Assembly: GCA_050949565.1 (NCBI GenBank) | Contig: JBMNFY010000017.1 | Location: forward strand, 1,344,001-1,408,000 | Direction: 5' to 3' | Source of the DNA: Kiritimatiellia bacterium | Lineage (GTDB): Bacteria > Verrucomicrobiota > Kiritimatiellia > RFP12 > UBA1067 | Length of the DNA stretch: 64,000 bases | Part shown: positions 39,945 through 49,505 of the stretch, in pieces | How the letters are laid out: every line of letters begins with the position of its first letter | Numbering within the stretch: the stretch's first letter is position 1 | Notes under the pieces: model-generated | What the model was told of the DNA's origin: nothing | What the model saw: the letters and a program-made list of their open reading frames with translations, nothing else | The model's database searches: none | Position numbers and translations under genes: made by a program

Positions 39945-40880
39945 ATGAAGAAAACGTTAGTGCCTTACCGGCCGATAAAAACAAGTTGTCTAACCACGGA
40001 ACACACAGAATACACGGAAAATAGTACAGTGCCCTTTCGGGTATTTCGTGTTTTTTGTGGTAAGGAATTTGGGTTGCGGGTGCCGTCCGCGTTAATCGCT
40101 GGCGCTGTGATGCTGGCAGTGGCATGGGGACATGCGGCCGACGCACCGCGGCTGCTGGCGCACCGGGGCGGCGGACACGAATACGATGAGAACAGCCTGG
40201 GCGCTTTCCGCGCGAGTTATGACAAAGGGCTGCGCGGCTTTGAGACCGACATCCGTTTGACGAAGGACAACGTGCTCGTGCTCCTGCACGATAATACGCT
40301 TGATCGCACCACCACTGGGACCGGCGCGATCGAAGATCTGACTGTGGACGAGGTCAAAGCGCTCAAGCTCAAAAAGTCCGGCGAACCAATCCCGCTCGTA
40401 CGAGACCTCTTCGAATATTTCAAGGACAAGGCGGACATCTTCATCGAATTGGAGATGAAGACCAGCACCAAACTGTACCCAGAGGAACGGCTGGAAATCT
40501 ATTGCAAAGCCCTGTACGAGGCGGCTACGACCACCCTGCCGCGCGGCACCTACATCTTCACCTCTTTCGACAAGCGTACGCTGGGCACGATGAAGCGGCT
40601 CTATCCAGATGCCGACATCGGATTGATCGTCGGCGGAGGACTGGACGAGAAGGTGATCAAGACCGCGCTCGAACTGGGCTGCAAGCGGATCGCGCCGACG
40701 ATGGACACGACCACCCGTAAAGCCGTTAGAGACGCCAAAAAAGCCGGGTTCGGACTGACCGGCTGGCCCACGCTGTCCGAGGCGGACTACAAGCTGGGTG
40801 CGGCGTTGGGCTTCGACTGCCTGACCACGGACTATCCGGTTAAACTGCACGAAAGCGTGAAAGCGGGTACATTGCGGTAA
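39945..40880 (+). CDS. Glycerophosphodiester phosphodiesterase (GDPD family)
   Basis: AHRGG, ENSLGAF, ETDIRLTKD..VLLHD, ELEMK and TTDYP motifs; GAAAGGA RBS before ATG 39945. Confidence 0.9.
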   Translation: MKKTLVPYRPIKTSCLTTEHTEYTENSTVPFRVFRVFCGKEFGLRVPSALIAGAVMLAVAWGHAADAPRLLAHRGGGHEYDENSLGAFRASYDKGLRGFETDIRLTKDNVLVLLHDNTLDRTTTGTGAIEDLTVDEVKALKLKKSGEPIPLVRDLFEYFKDKADIFIELEMKTSTKLYPEERLEIYCKALYEAATTTLPRGTYIFTSFDKRTLGTMKRLYPDADIGLIVGGGLDEKVIKTALELGCKRIAPTMDTTTRKAVRDAKKAGFGLTGWPTLSEADYKLGAALGFDCLTTDYPVKLHESVKAGTLR

Positions 40881-41436
40881 GAACAAAAACCGCCCCTCGC
40901 GCGCGTACGCCCGAACAACTTAACGCAATTCTTACACGAGCCCAATAAAGCACTCGCAGTAAGGAGATATCCTTAGCGCCGAACCCAGTACATACCAAGT
41001 TGTTTCTCGCGAAGGTACGGAGGGGCACGAAGGGCGATACATTTTTAAAGGCCCCCTTCGTGCCTTCGCCTTTATTCCGCGCTACGCTTGTCACTATGCC
41101 CCCGTTCATGTATAGTCCCCGCTTATCTATGTGCTCAACGCTCACGCTGGTGCATTGAGCGTCTGTTTGCCGAGCGCAACGAGAAAGGTAAAGGGGAGCA
41201 GGGAGTCGGATAAGCGTGGGCGTCCCCGCCCGCAACAACGTTCCCTGCAAAAGTCTGATGCGCATATCTACTGAGAGACAAACCGCGCACCTGAATCATG
41301 CATGGTGCGGACGAGCAGACGCTCGTCCCTCCCGCCCCGTGACCGGGCTTGCGAAGCACCGGGAGGGGCAAGCGTCTGCTTGCCCGCAGTGCGGGCGGGG
41401 ACGCCCGCACCCCCGACAGAAACTAAGGACTAAAAA

Positions 41437-41649
41437 ATGCTCGATATCGATTATCTCTTATGGTGGCAGCATATCCGGGAACTGACCGGCCATCGATTTG
41501 ATGAGGTGGCCTGGCACCTCTCGGATATCGGTCACTGGTTTGAAAGTTTTTTTATCCCGGCGATCGTCTACTGGGCCATCGACCGCAAAACCGGTGTGTT
41601 CTGTAATCTGGCGATATTTGGCACCGGTGAAAACAAGGAGACAGAATGA
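41437..41649 (+). pseudogene. Probable N-terminal remnant of a PAP2-family phosphatase
   Basis: MDIDYLLWWQHIRE...IPAIVYWAIDRKTG resembles PAP2 N-termini; ends after 70 aa, overlapping the next start. Confidence 0.4.
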
Positions 41650-42905
41650 CTGCCGAGCAACAGAAAAAATTCAAATACTGGCAGCGGCGCACGATCATCG
41701 CGACCATGTTCGGTTATGCGCTCTTCTACTTTGTCAGGAAGAACCTCAGCGTCGCGATGCCCGCGCTGTCAGAGGACCTGGGGATTTCCAAGGCCGACCT
41801 GGGGATTTTCCTGACGCTGCACGGATTGCTGTACGGCTTGTCGCGCTTTGTAAACGGCTATTGGGCGGACCGCATGAATGCGCGGATATTCATGACCGCA
41901 GGACTCGTGCTCTCCGCCATCATGAATATCGCGTTCGGTTGTCAGTCGCTGCCGGTGCTGCTGGGCGCGGCGTGGGTGTTGAACGGCTGGGTGCAAGGCA
42001 TGGGCTTCCCGCCGTGCGCGCGCTTGCTGACCCACTGGATACCGCCGGAACAACTGGCTACAAAGATGTCGTTCTGGAACACCTCGCACTCCATCGGGGC
42101 GAGCTTGGTCGTGGTTTTCTGCGGCGCGCTGGTGGGCTTCGGTTGGCGCTGGTGCTTTTTTGTACCTGCGGGTATTGCACTGGTCGGCGCGGGCATACTG
42201 TGGCTGGCGCTGCGTGACACGCCCTCATCGGTCGGACTGCCGGAACTGGGCGAAGTCGAGGCGCGCACAAAACAAAAAGAGAACACCGCCGAGTTCCGCG
42301 CCTTTTTGCGCAAGCATGTGTTTCGCAACCCGTCCATCTGGTTTCTCTCCTTCGCCAACTTCTTCGTCTACATCGTGCGCTATGCAGTGCTGGACTGGGG
42401 CCCCACCCTGCTGAAAGAATCGAAGGGACTCTCGATCGTCCACGCGAGCTGGATGGTGGCCGCCTTCGAGATCGCGGGCGTCGTGGGGATGGTCGCCGCA
42501 GGCTGGGCGACCGACCGCTTCTTCGGCGGACGCGGACCGCGCACCTGCGCGGTGTGCATGACGATGACCGCGCTGTTCGTCTTTCTTTTCTGGTGGCTGC
42601 CCTCGCCGTCGATCTGGCTGGCGACCGCCCTGCTGATGGGCGCCGGCTTTTTCATCTATGGTCCTCAGGCACTGATCGGCATCTCGGCGGCGAACCTGGC
42701 GACCAAACGCGCGGCGGCGACAGCCTCGGGCTTCACAGGCATCTTCGGTTATTTGAGCACGATTGTTTCGGGCTGGGGTCTGGGCTGGATCGCACACCAC
42801 CGTGGATGGGACGCGGTCCTTATGACCATGCTGGGCGCGGCGGCCATCGGCTTGCTGATGTTCATCTGCATCTGGCGCGAGAAACCCCACGGATATGAAA
42901 CGTGA
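41646..42905 (+). CDS. OPA-family MFS transporter (GlpT/UhpC-like)
   Basis: GYALFYFVRKN, NGWVQGMGFPP, WNTSHSIG and IYGPQALIG motifs. Confidence 0.9.
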   Translation: MTAEQQKKFKYWQRRTIIATMFGYALFYFVRKNLSVAMPALSEDLGISKADLGIFLTLHGLLYGLSRFVNGYWADRMNARIFMTAGLVLSAIMNIAFGCQSLPVLLGAAWVLNGWVQGMGFPPCARLLTHWIPPEQLATKMSFWNTSHSIGASLVVVFCGALVGFGWRWCFFVPAGIALVGAGILWLALRDTPSSVGLPELGEVEARTKQKENTAEFRAFLRKHVFRNPSIWFLSFANFFVYIVRYAVLDWGPTLLKESKGLSIVHASWMVAAFEIAGVVGMVAAGWATDRFFGGRGPRTCAVCMTMTALFVFLFWWLPSPSIWLATALLMGAGFFIYGPQALIGISAANLATKRAAATASGFTGIFGYLSTIVSGWGLGWIAHHRGWDAVLMTMLGAAAIGLLMFICIWREKPHGYET

Positions 42906-43723
42906 CACAGGAGAAAACGCTTCACATGTCTTTTGATCTCAACAAAAAAAAGGTGTTTGTGTGTGACCTCGACGGCACGCTGTTTATGGGACCGCACCCG
43001 ATCGAACCGGCGGTCCGCTTCGTGATCGACTCATGCAACAGCAAACGATTCGCCTTTTACTATCTGACCAACAACACTTCAAAGACGCCGGACGCCTACA
43101 TCAAAAAGATCGGCGGTGCGGGCATACCGGTCACCGAAGAGCAGATCCTGACGCCGTTGATCACACTCGAGAACTACATCCGCGAACAGGCTTGCCGCTC
43201 AGTGTATATGGTCGCCAGCGAAGCGGTGGTCGCCCATCTGCAAGGGCTGCTGCCGGATGTCTCCTTCGAGTTCGCGCCCGATCGCAACGAACTGATGGTA
43301 CTGGCGTATGACGCGGAACTGACCTACGAAAAGCTGCGCCGCCTGGCCGTCCTGTACAATGCCCGGCCTGAACTGGACTTCGTCGCTACGCACCCCGACA
43401 CCTGTTGTCCGAGCGAGCACGGTCCGATTCCAGATGTCGGCGGCATGCTCAAGCTGCTCAAAGCCACCAACGGCATGACGCCCAGACATATCTTCGGCAA
43501 GCCCTCACCCAGCCTGATGGACCCCGTGCTGAAACGCTTCGCACGCGAAGAGATCGCGGTGGTCGGCGACCGGCTCTATACCGACAAAGCCATGGCCGAC
43601 CGCGCCGGCGTGGACTTCGTCTGCGTGCTCTCCGGCGAAACCACCCGCGAAAGCCTCGCCGCCTACGACGGCCCTCCCCCCGCCGTGGTAGTTGAACAAT
43701 TCGGAGAATTGTTAGCTCATTAG
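42902..43723 (+). CDS. HAD-IIA (NagD-like) phosphatase
   Basis: DLDGT, LTNN, GKP and VGDRLYTD motifs. Confidence 0.9.
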   Translation: MTQEKTLHMSFDLNKKKVFVCDLDGTLFMGPHPIEPAVRFVIDSCNSKRFAFYYLTNNTSKTPDAYIKKIGGAGIPVTEEQILTPLITLENYIREQACRSVYMVASEAVVAHLQGLLPDVSFEFAPDRNELMVLAYDAELTYEKLRRLAVLYNARPELDFVATHPDTCCPSEHGPIPDVGGMLKLLKATNGMTPRHIFGKPSPSLMDPVLKRFAREEIAVVGDRLYTDKAMADRAGVDFVCVLSGETTRESLAAYDGPPPAVVVEQFGELLAH

Positions 43724-43974
43724 TGCGTTAGTGCGCCGCAAGTCGCAAGTCGCGGGTCGCCCGTCAACTTCTCTTGTTGCGACCACGCAGTGGCGCACAA
43801 CAGTGAGAGTAAAAGCAGGGCGGACGCGCTTTATTTAACGCAGAGGCGTAGGAGAGTTCTGAGTTCGGCGTTCGGCGTTCAGCGTTCAGCGTTCGGGCGC
43901 GGCGCATCTCGCGCCGCGCCCAAATCCTCCTTGCAGTTTAGGACCTCAGTCCGTAATATAAGAACCCGTTTTAC

Positions 43975-44051
43975 GCGCCTGTAGCTCAATTGGATAGAGT
44001 GTTGGCCTCCGAAGCCAAAGGTTGTGGGTTCAATCCCCGCCAGGCGCACCA
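43975..44051 (+). tRNA. tRNA-Arg (anticodon CCG), prophage attachment site
   Basis: GCGCCTG/CAGGCGC acceptor stem, TTGGC-CTCCGAA-GCCAA anticodon arm, CCA end; upstream TTGCAG-N17-TAATAT. Confidence 0.97.
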
Positions 44052-44560
44052 TCCGGAAATGAACCCGCGTTTGCAGACGTAAGTATCGTGTATACCGAGT
44101 CTTGCGCGGGTTCAATCTTTTTTTCGGGGGTGAGCGTAAGTTTGCCGAAAACGATCCGAACCAGGTCTTTTGTTTGGGCGACCGTGAGCCCCTCGATCAG
44201 CTCGGCTGGATTTGTAAACACGCCGATCAGGATGTCGATGCACTCGGAACGGTGGTCGGATGAAGCGTCGTGGGACTCCAGCCAGACGCGGTGTTCGGCC
44301 AGTTCGGAGGTCAGCCGGTCTTTTTCGGCGGCGTACTCTTCGGCCGAAAACACACCCTCCAGCAGTGCGCTGCGCAGCCGGGCAAGCTGCGGTTCAATCC
44401 GTGAGACGGCGCGCTGCCGACGGGCGCGCTCCGCACGATCCGGATCTTGCAGATCAAGGTCGTTAACGGCTCCTTTCAGAAGCTCCAAAAATGATGCGAT
44501 CTTGCCGAGGTCGGACAGCATGGCCTCGATCTGGGCGTGGATGTCGTCGCGGTTGCCGGG
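44030..44560 (-). pseudogene. C-terminal coiled-coil remnant of a large serine recombinase
   Basis: RLRSALLEGVFSAEEYAAEKDRL...KDLVRIVFGKLTL pattern; ORF ends inside the tRNA 3' end; no catalytic N-terminus. Confidence 0.65.
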
Positions 44561-44765
44561 AGACAAGAGCGCAAAACTGGCGGCTTTAGAACCGTCGTTT
44601 GAAAATGGAGATGTCCACGTCTACGCGCCGGGATGCGGGAAGTGGCTCGATCTGTGGCGGGAACAATTCGCGTCCTTCCCTGACGGGAAGAAAGACGACT
44701 TCTGCGACGCAACGGCGGTCATGTTCCATTCGCACGCCAAGGGCGGCTCGACGATGCTGATTTGA
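44550..44765 (+). pseudogene. C-terminal remnant of terminase large subunit (nuclease domain)
   Basis: GDK..KL..LEP.FENGDVH...QFASFPDGKKDDFCDA directly before the portal; no start codon or ATPase domain. Confidence 0.8.
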
Positions 44766-44781
44766 CCGCGCGGCCATTGCC

Positions 44782-46302
44782 ATGAGCAACATCATCAGTA
44801 CACGGATTCACCGCATCCTCGCGGCGCGGCGCGAACAGATCGCGCGGAACATCGCCGCGTGGAGGGGCGGCCAGCCGTACATCGATCTGCGGCTGTGGCG
44901 CGCTCCGAACGAATCAGAACTGTCGTGGACGGGCACGCGGTCAGAGAGCGGCAAGCAGGTGTTTGTGAGCGTCGGGCGGAAGCAACGCGCGGCGATGATC
45001 AACGACGCCGGCCGGGTGGTCAGCAAGATCACGCAGTATCTGTTCAAGACTCACGCTGACAGGACCGGCATCGACGATGCGTGGGGCAAGGACGTGACCG
45101 GGCGCGGGCAGAGCGTCGGCAGCTTCTGGGTGGATGTTTCGGAGTTACTGACCGCCGGGCAGTGGGTGTGGCTACAGGTGGACCGGCTCGGGCAGATCAA
45201 GGACCCGATCACGGGGGAGATGCGGCAGCGCACACTGCTGGAGAAGCAGCGCGACAGCGACCAGGTGCGGTGGACGGCGTGGCCGAGCCTTTCAGTTCCG
45301 GACTGGTCGTTTGACTCGGCTGGCAGGCTGCAGTGGGTGATCACCGAGGGCGAGCAGTACGTGAACGACGACCCGAAGGTCGAGGCGGAAACGTACAAGC
45401 TGCGTACGCTGTGGGAGCGGACGGCGGGCGGGTACCGTGTGACGCAGTACCGTTCGGGCAAGGACGGCGAAAGCGTCCAGATCGGCGATACGGTGGCCGT
45501 CATCGGCGACGGTTTGCCATTCGTGCTGGTCGGGAAGCCAGATGAAGCCCCGTGGTGGTTCGATGACGTGGAATCGATACAGGCGCAACTGCTGAACCTC
45601 GACAGCCTGCATTACGAGAACCTGGTCCGCACCGTTTTTCCGCAGCTCGTGATCCCGACCGGCATGCTGGATTCATTGCAGTCCAAGCTGATCGAGCGCG
45701 TCGGTGCGCAGAACGGAGAAAAGATCGTCGAGCTGGTCAAGGAGATCGTCCGCGGGCTCGACGCGCCGATTGTCGAGTCAGCGGACGAGGCGGGAGTGAC
45801 GCGGTTCATCATGCCCGCTGCGAGCGACCAGAAAACGATTCCGGACGAGCTTCAGCGCAAGCGGGCGCTGCTGTTCGATATGGTTGGCCTGTCGCTGTTC
45901 AACAAAGAGACGCGGCAGATTCAGACGGCGGAATCTAAGCAGTTTGACCAGCTTGACACTGAATCGACGCTGAAGCACCGCGCCATCATCATGCAGGCGG
46001 CAGAGGAACGTCTGGTGGAAATCACGCTGAAGGTTGACCCGACGTTCGCGAAGTACACTCCGGTATGGCCGACATCGTTTGACGTGGTGGACGTGGAGTC
46101 CGACAGCGCGGCGATCGCCATGATCGGCAACCTGCCGGACATCACGCTGAGCATGCGCAAGATCGTTCTGCTGGCAGCCCTCCGGATCATCTCCGAGCGC
46201 GGCGGGTACGATCAGGACCTCATCGAGAAGGCGCGCCAGGAGATCAAGGACATCGCGGAAGAGCCGCCCGTAGAAGCAGGCGGCGACGGCCTCGATTTTT
46301 GA
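44782..46302 (+). CDS. Phage portal protein
   Basis: 506 aa, directly after TerL; SPP1-like C-terminal 'QTAESKQFD...L...E..L' helix. Confidence 0.75.
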   Translation: MSNIISTRIHRILAARREQIARNIAAWRGGQPYIDLRLWRAPNESELSWTGTRSESGKQVFVSVGRKQRAAMINDAGRVVSKITQYLFKTHADRTGIDDAWGKDVTGRGQSVGSFWVDVSELLTAGQWVWLQVDRLGQIKDPITGEMRQRTLLEKQRDSDQVRWTAWPSLSVPDWSFDSAGRLQWVITEGEQYVNDDPKVEAETYKLRTLWERTAGGYRVTQYRSGKDGESVQIGDTVAVIGDGLPFVLVGKPDEAPWWFDDVESIQAQLLNLDSLHYENLVRTVFPQLVIPTGMLDSLQSKLIERVGAQNGEKIVELVKEIVRGLDAPIVESADEAGVTRFIMPAASDQKTIPDELQRKRALLFDMVGLSLFNKETRQIQTAESKQFDQLDTESTLKHRAIIMQAAEERLVEITLKVDPTFAKYTPVWPTSFDVVDVESDSAAIAMIGNLPDITLSMRKIVLLAALRIISERGGYDQDLIEKARQEIKDIAEEPPVEAGGDGLDF

Positions 46303-46400
46303 CGCACAGGCCATCATTACCCAATCGCTGGCTCCGCAGGGCGTGTCTACTGCGGTGAAACGACGCGGCGTATTCCGCGCGACAACGGAGACAGGTATCC

Positions 46401-47093
46401 ATGAACATCAAGGACATTCTCGCCAAACTTGCCAAGGGAGAGGAACTCACGGACGCTGAGAAAGCCTTCCTGAAAACGTACGATCCCGACAAGGAAAAGA
46501 ACGATGCGGCGGCGGCCGCCCGGCGCAAGGCCGAAGAGGAAGCGGCAGCGCTGAAGGCGGAAAACGCCGAGCTGAAAAAGAAGGCCGACGAGGCGAAGAA
46601 GGCGGAGGACGAAGCGAAGAAATCGCAGATGACCGCCGACCAGAAACGCGACGCCGAGTTCGCCGAACTGAAGGCGAAGATCGAGGGTTTGGAGAAGGCC
46701 AAGACGGACGCCGAGCAGAAGGCGGCAGCCGTTCAGCGGTCGCAGACCATCCGCGACGCGGCGAAGGCCGCGGGCATCGCGCTCGCTCCGAAAACCGTAT
46801 CCGAGACACTGTTCTACCAGATGCTGGAGGCGACACTCTCCGGAATCGACATCACCAACCAAGAGGCGCTCACGGCGGCGCTCGACAAGTTCAAGACCGA
46901 GAACCCCGGCATTATCACCGCCCCCGGCAACGGCAGCGGCGTGAATCCCGGCGACCCGGCGAACAGCGACAAGTCGGGCAAAAACCCGTGGGCGAAGGAC
47001 ACGTTCAATCTGAGCGAGCAGGTCACGCTGCTCGAAAAAGACCCGGACAAGGCGCGCGCGCTCGCGGCCGAGGCCGGCGTCAAACTTGAGTAA
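46401..47093 (+). CDS. Phage capsid scaffolding protein
   Basis: Lys/Glu/Ala coiled coil ending in KNPWAKDTFNLSEQ..L..DP.KA.ALAAEAG; directly before the MCP. Confidence 0.85.
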   Translation: MNIKDILAKLAKGEELTDAEKAFLKTYDPDKEKNDAAAAARRKAEEEAAALKAENAELKKKADEAKKAEDEAKKSQMTADQKRDAEFAELKAKIEGLEKAKTDAEQKAAAVQRSQTIRDAAKAAGIALAPKTVSETLFYQMLEATLSGIDITNQEALTAALDKFKTENPGIITAPGNGSGVNPGDPANSDKSGKNPWAKDTFNLSEQVTLLEKDPDKARALAAEAGVKLE

Positions 47094-47107
47094 AGGAGCA
47101 AGTCGTT

Positions 47108-48100
47108 ATGGCTGCAACAGTACTACAGGACATTGTATTCAACAACGCATTCGCGTTGTATTTCCACCGCGCCGTGACCGAGCTTTCGGCGCTGGTGCAA
47201 TCCGGCATCGCGGCGGTCGATCCGCGCATCGCGGCGTTGTGCGCCGAGGCCGGATTCGGCGGCAAGACGGTAAACCTGCCGTTTTGGAATGCGCTCGACG
47301 GCGACGACGAAGTGACTCCGGACGGAGAGGATATCGGCGTCAGCCCGCTGACCGCCGGGCAGGACGTGGCGGTCATCCTGCGCCGCAGCAAGGCATGGGG
47401 CGTCACAGACCTGGCGGTCGAGATCGCCGGCGACGATCCCATGAAAACCCTCGCCGACAAACTCGCCAACTATTGGAACCGCCGCCGCCAGAAAGCGCTG
47501 TTCGCCCAGTTGACGGGTGTGTTCGCGAACAACGTCGCCGAAAACGACAGCGACCTTGTGCTCGACATCAGCGGCGAGACCGGAGATGACGCGCTGCTGT
47601 CGAAAGACACGCTGTTGTATGCGGCTCAACTGCTTGGCGACGCCAAGGGCGGTTTGACCGCCGTCGCTATGCACTCGATGTGCGAGACGGTTCTGAACAC
47701 CGGCAACACCGGCAACCTGTTCAAGCCGGCCGATTCTCCGGCCACGCTGCCCACCTACAACGGCCGCAAGATCGTGATGGACGACGGGTGCCCGTACAAC
47801 CCGACCACCAAAGTCGCCGACATTTACCTGTTCGGCGCAGGTGCTGTCGCGTTGAACCCTGTGCCGTCGCGAAGGCCGTTCGAGGTTGGACGCGCGCCGC
47901 TCTCAAGCACGGATCTGGTTGTTTCGCGGCAGGCGTGGATTTCGCACCTGCGCGGCATCAAATGGAATCCGGCTCAGGGGGTGCCTGCGGGCGCGACGCC
48001 CACTAACGCGGAGCTGGCCGATGGCGCCAACTGGTCGCGTGTGTACGACAAGAAGGAAATCCGCGTCGTCAAGCTGCGCTGCAAGCTCGCGGCGTCGTAA
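47108..48100 (+). CDS. Major capsid protein
   Basis: QSGI, GGKTVNLPFWNAL, R.KAWG..DLA..AG.DPM, MHS, Y.GR..V.DD and LA.GANW.RVY.K motifs. Confidence 0.9.
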   Translation: MAATVLQDIVFNNAFALYFHRAVTELSALVQSGIAAVDPRIAALCAEAGFGGKTVNLPFWNALDGDDEVTPDGEDIGVSPLTAGQDVAVILRRSKAWGVTDLAVEIAGDDPMKTLADKLANYWNRRRQKALFAQLTGVFANNVAENDSDLVLDISGETGDDALLSKDTLLYAAQLLGDAKGGLTAVAMHSMCETVLNTGNTGNLFKPADSPATLPTYNGRKIVMDDGCPYNPTTKVADIYLFGAGAVALNPVPSRRPFEVGRAPLSSTDLVVSRQAWISHLRGIKWNPAQGVPAGATPTNAELADGANWSRVYDKKEIRVVKLRCKLAAS

Positions 48101-48102
48101 TC

Positions 48103-48147
48103 CGCACGGGGCGGCGTCTGCCAATTCCGGACGCGCCCCGCTTTTCT
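48103..48147 (+). terminator. Putative intrinsic terminator after the MCP
   Basis: CGGGGCGGCGTCTG...CCGGACGCGCCCCG followed by CTTTT. Confidence 0.5.
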
Positions 48148-48169
48148 CACTCCAACGGAGACGAATTGT

Positions 48170-48589
48170 ATGAAAAAGATGTTCCTGATTCTGGCGTTTC
48201 TCGTGGCCGTCGCGGGCTACGTGGACATGGCCGCGGCAGCGCCGGCGGCAAGCGACGTAGTATGCAACGACAAGCTGATCCCGACCAACAAGGTCGTGAG
48301 TTTCACGCTGTCGCAACGGTACACCTCGCGCCCGATCTGGCTGAACGTGGACGCGGCCTATCCCGACAACGGGACGGTGACCGTCCGCTGGTTGCACCAC
48401 CGTGCCGACGGCACGGTGCAGACCAACACGGCCGGCGCGATCTCGCTCACGTCCGGAGCGGTGAGCACGAACCTCGCGTCGCTGTTCACGCAGTACTGCT
48501 ATCCCGGCGAACCGGTGAGCGTGATTTTCAGCACGGCGACCAACGGCGCTTTGCAGGTGGTCGGCGAACTGTACGGATCTCGGAAATAG
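48170..48589 (+). CDS. Phage hypothetical protein with Sec-type signal peptide
   Basis: MKKMFLILAFLVAVAG...AAA followed by a beta-rich domain; GGAG RBS. Confidence 0.7.
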   Translation: MKKMFLILAFLVAVAGYVDMAAAAPAASDVVCNDKLIPTNKVVSFTLSQRYTSRPIWLNVDAAYPDNGTVTVRWLHHRADGTVQTNTAGAISLTSGAVSTNLASLFTQYCYPGEPVSVIFSTATNGALQVVGELYGSRK

Positions 48590-48598
48590 GAGGCTTCC

Positions 48599-48853
48599 AT
48601 GGCTGAGAAGAAACCCAACGACACACTCTCACTCTACCGGTCGCACTGCCAGGCGGCGCGCAACCGGGCAGACGCGGCGCTTGCGAAAGCCGTTGCCGCC
48701 GTTCTGCCGAAGCAGCTCGCTGCCGACGGCGACAAGCCACCCATCCCCCCGCCCGGCGGGGATAAAACGAACCCTGACCCGGACGCGGACAAATCCGCCG
48801 ACGCGCCGAAGCCTGCGCCGAAGCCTGCGCCGACGGGCAAGAAGCGCGGGTAA
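48599..48853 (+). CDS. Phage hypothetical protein (Pro/Lys-rich tail)
   Basis: GGAGG RBS; in operon; followed by a terminator-like hairpin. Confidence 0.6.
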   Translation: MAEKKPNDTLSLYRSHCQAARNRADAALAKAVAAVLPKQLAADGDKPPIPPPGGDKTNPDPDADKSADAPKPAPKPAPTGKKRG

Positions 48854-48875
48854 CCAAATTAACCCCCCAATGAAC

Positions 48876-48920
48876 GCGCCGCTCCGGCATGGGACCCCCC
48901 GTGACGGGGCGGCTTTTTTG
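48876..48920 (+). terminator. Putative intrinsic terminator
   Basis: GCCGCTCCGGCATGGG...CCCGTGACGGGGCGGC followed by TTTTTT. Confidence 0.6.
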
Positions 48921-48929
48921 TGAGGCACC

Positions 48930-49316
48930 ATGATTTCTTTCGACAGAGCGCAAACCTACTTCGGAGCAGAGAACCACCACAAGGCGGCCGTGTGGTCGGC
49001 GTTCGGACAGGCGCACAGGACAGGCGCGATCGCGGCGGCGCGGCGCGTGTTGTCGCGCGGGCTCGGCCGCTCGATGGATGAAAACGAACCTGCCTACAAA
49101 GAGGGCGACAGGACGCGCGACGAGTACGCCGTGTACGAACAGGCGTTGTGGATGCTGGAGAACGGGCAGGTGGCCGACGCCGACGGAAACGACCCTGTGC
49201 CGGTCTTGACCGGACGCCCGGACACGGAAGACGTGCGCAGCACAAGCGCATCGGTGTACGCGCCCGAGGCATTGCGATGGCTAGGCATGACAGGCGGCGC
49301 GGTGATCAGGGGGTGA
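48930..49316 (+). CDS. Head-tail adaptor-like protein
   Basis: S.D.A.TYF...W......A...A.R.L and A.YEQALW pattern typical of adaptor proteins; position. Confidence 0.6.
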   Translation: MISFDRAQTYFGAENHHKAAVWSAFGQAHRTGAIAAARRVLSRGLGRSMDENEPAYKEGDRTRDEYAVYEQALWMLENGQVADADGNDPVPVLTGRPDTEDVRSTSASVYAPEALRWLGMTGGAVIRG

Positions 49317-49319
49317 GAC

Positions 49320-49505
49320 GTGACGAGCATCAGCGTTAGGTTCACGCCCGGTCAGACGGTCGTTATTTTGGCTCTGAATGTCCAGGGATTCATCGAAAAC
49401 GTGCTGATCAGTCGCGGCAATGTAATCCGGTATGACGTGACCTATTGGTTCAACGGCAATCGCGAAACAAAATGCCTGACAGAGGAAGAGATCGATGCCG
49501 TCTAG
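49320..49505 (+). CDS. Small phage hypothetical protein
   Basis: 61-aa ORF coupled to both neighbours; SH3-like 'F..GQ.V....G.I....YDV.YW'. Confidence 0.5.
   Translation: MTSISVRFTPGQTVVILALNVQGFIENVLISRGNVIRYDVTYWFNGNRETKCLTEEEIDAV

Noticed and set aside
44022-44765. 247-aa plus-strand ORF as a full gene
   Set aside because: It starts inside the tRNA; the first ~175 aa are antisense to the integrase remnant and only the last ~70 aa are terminase-like.
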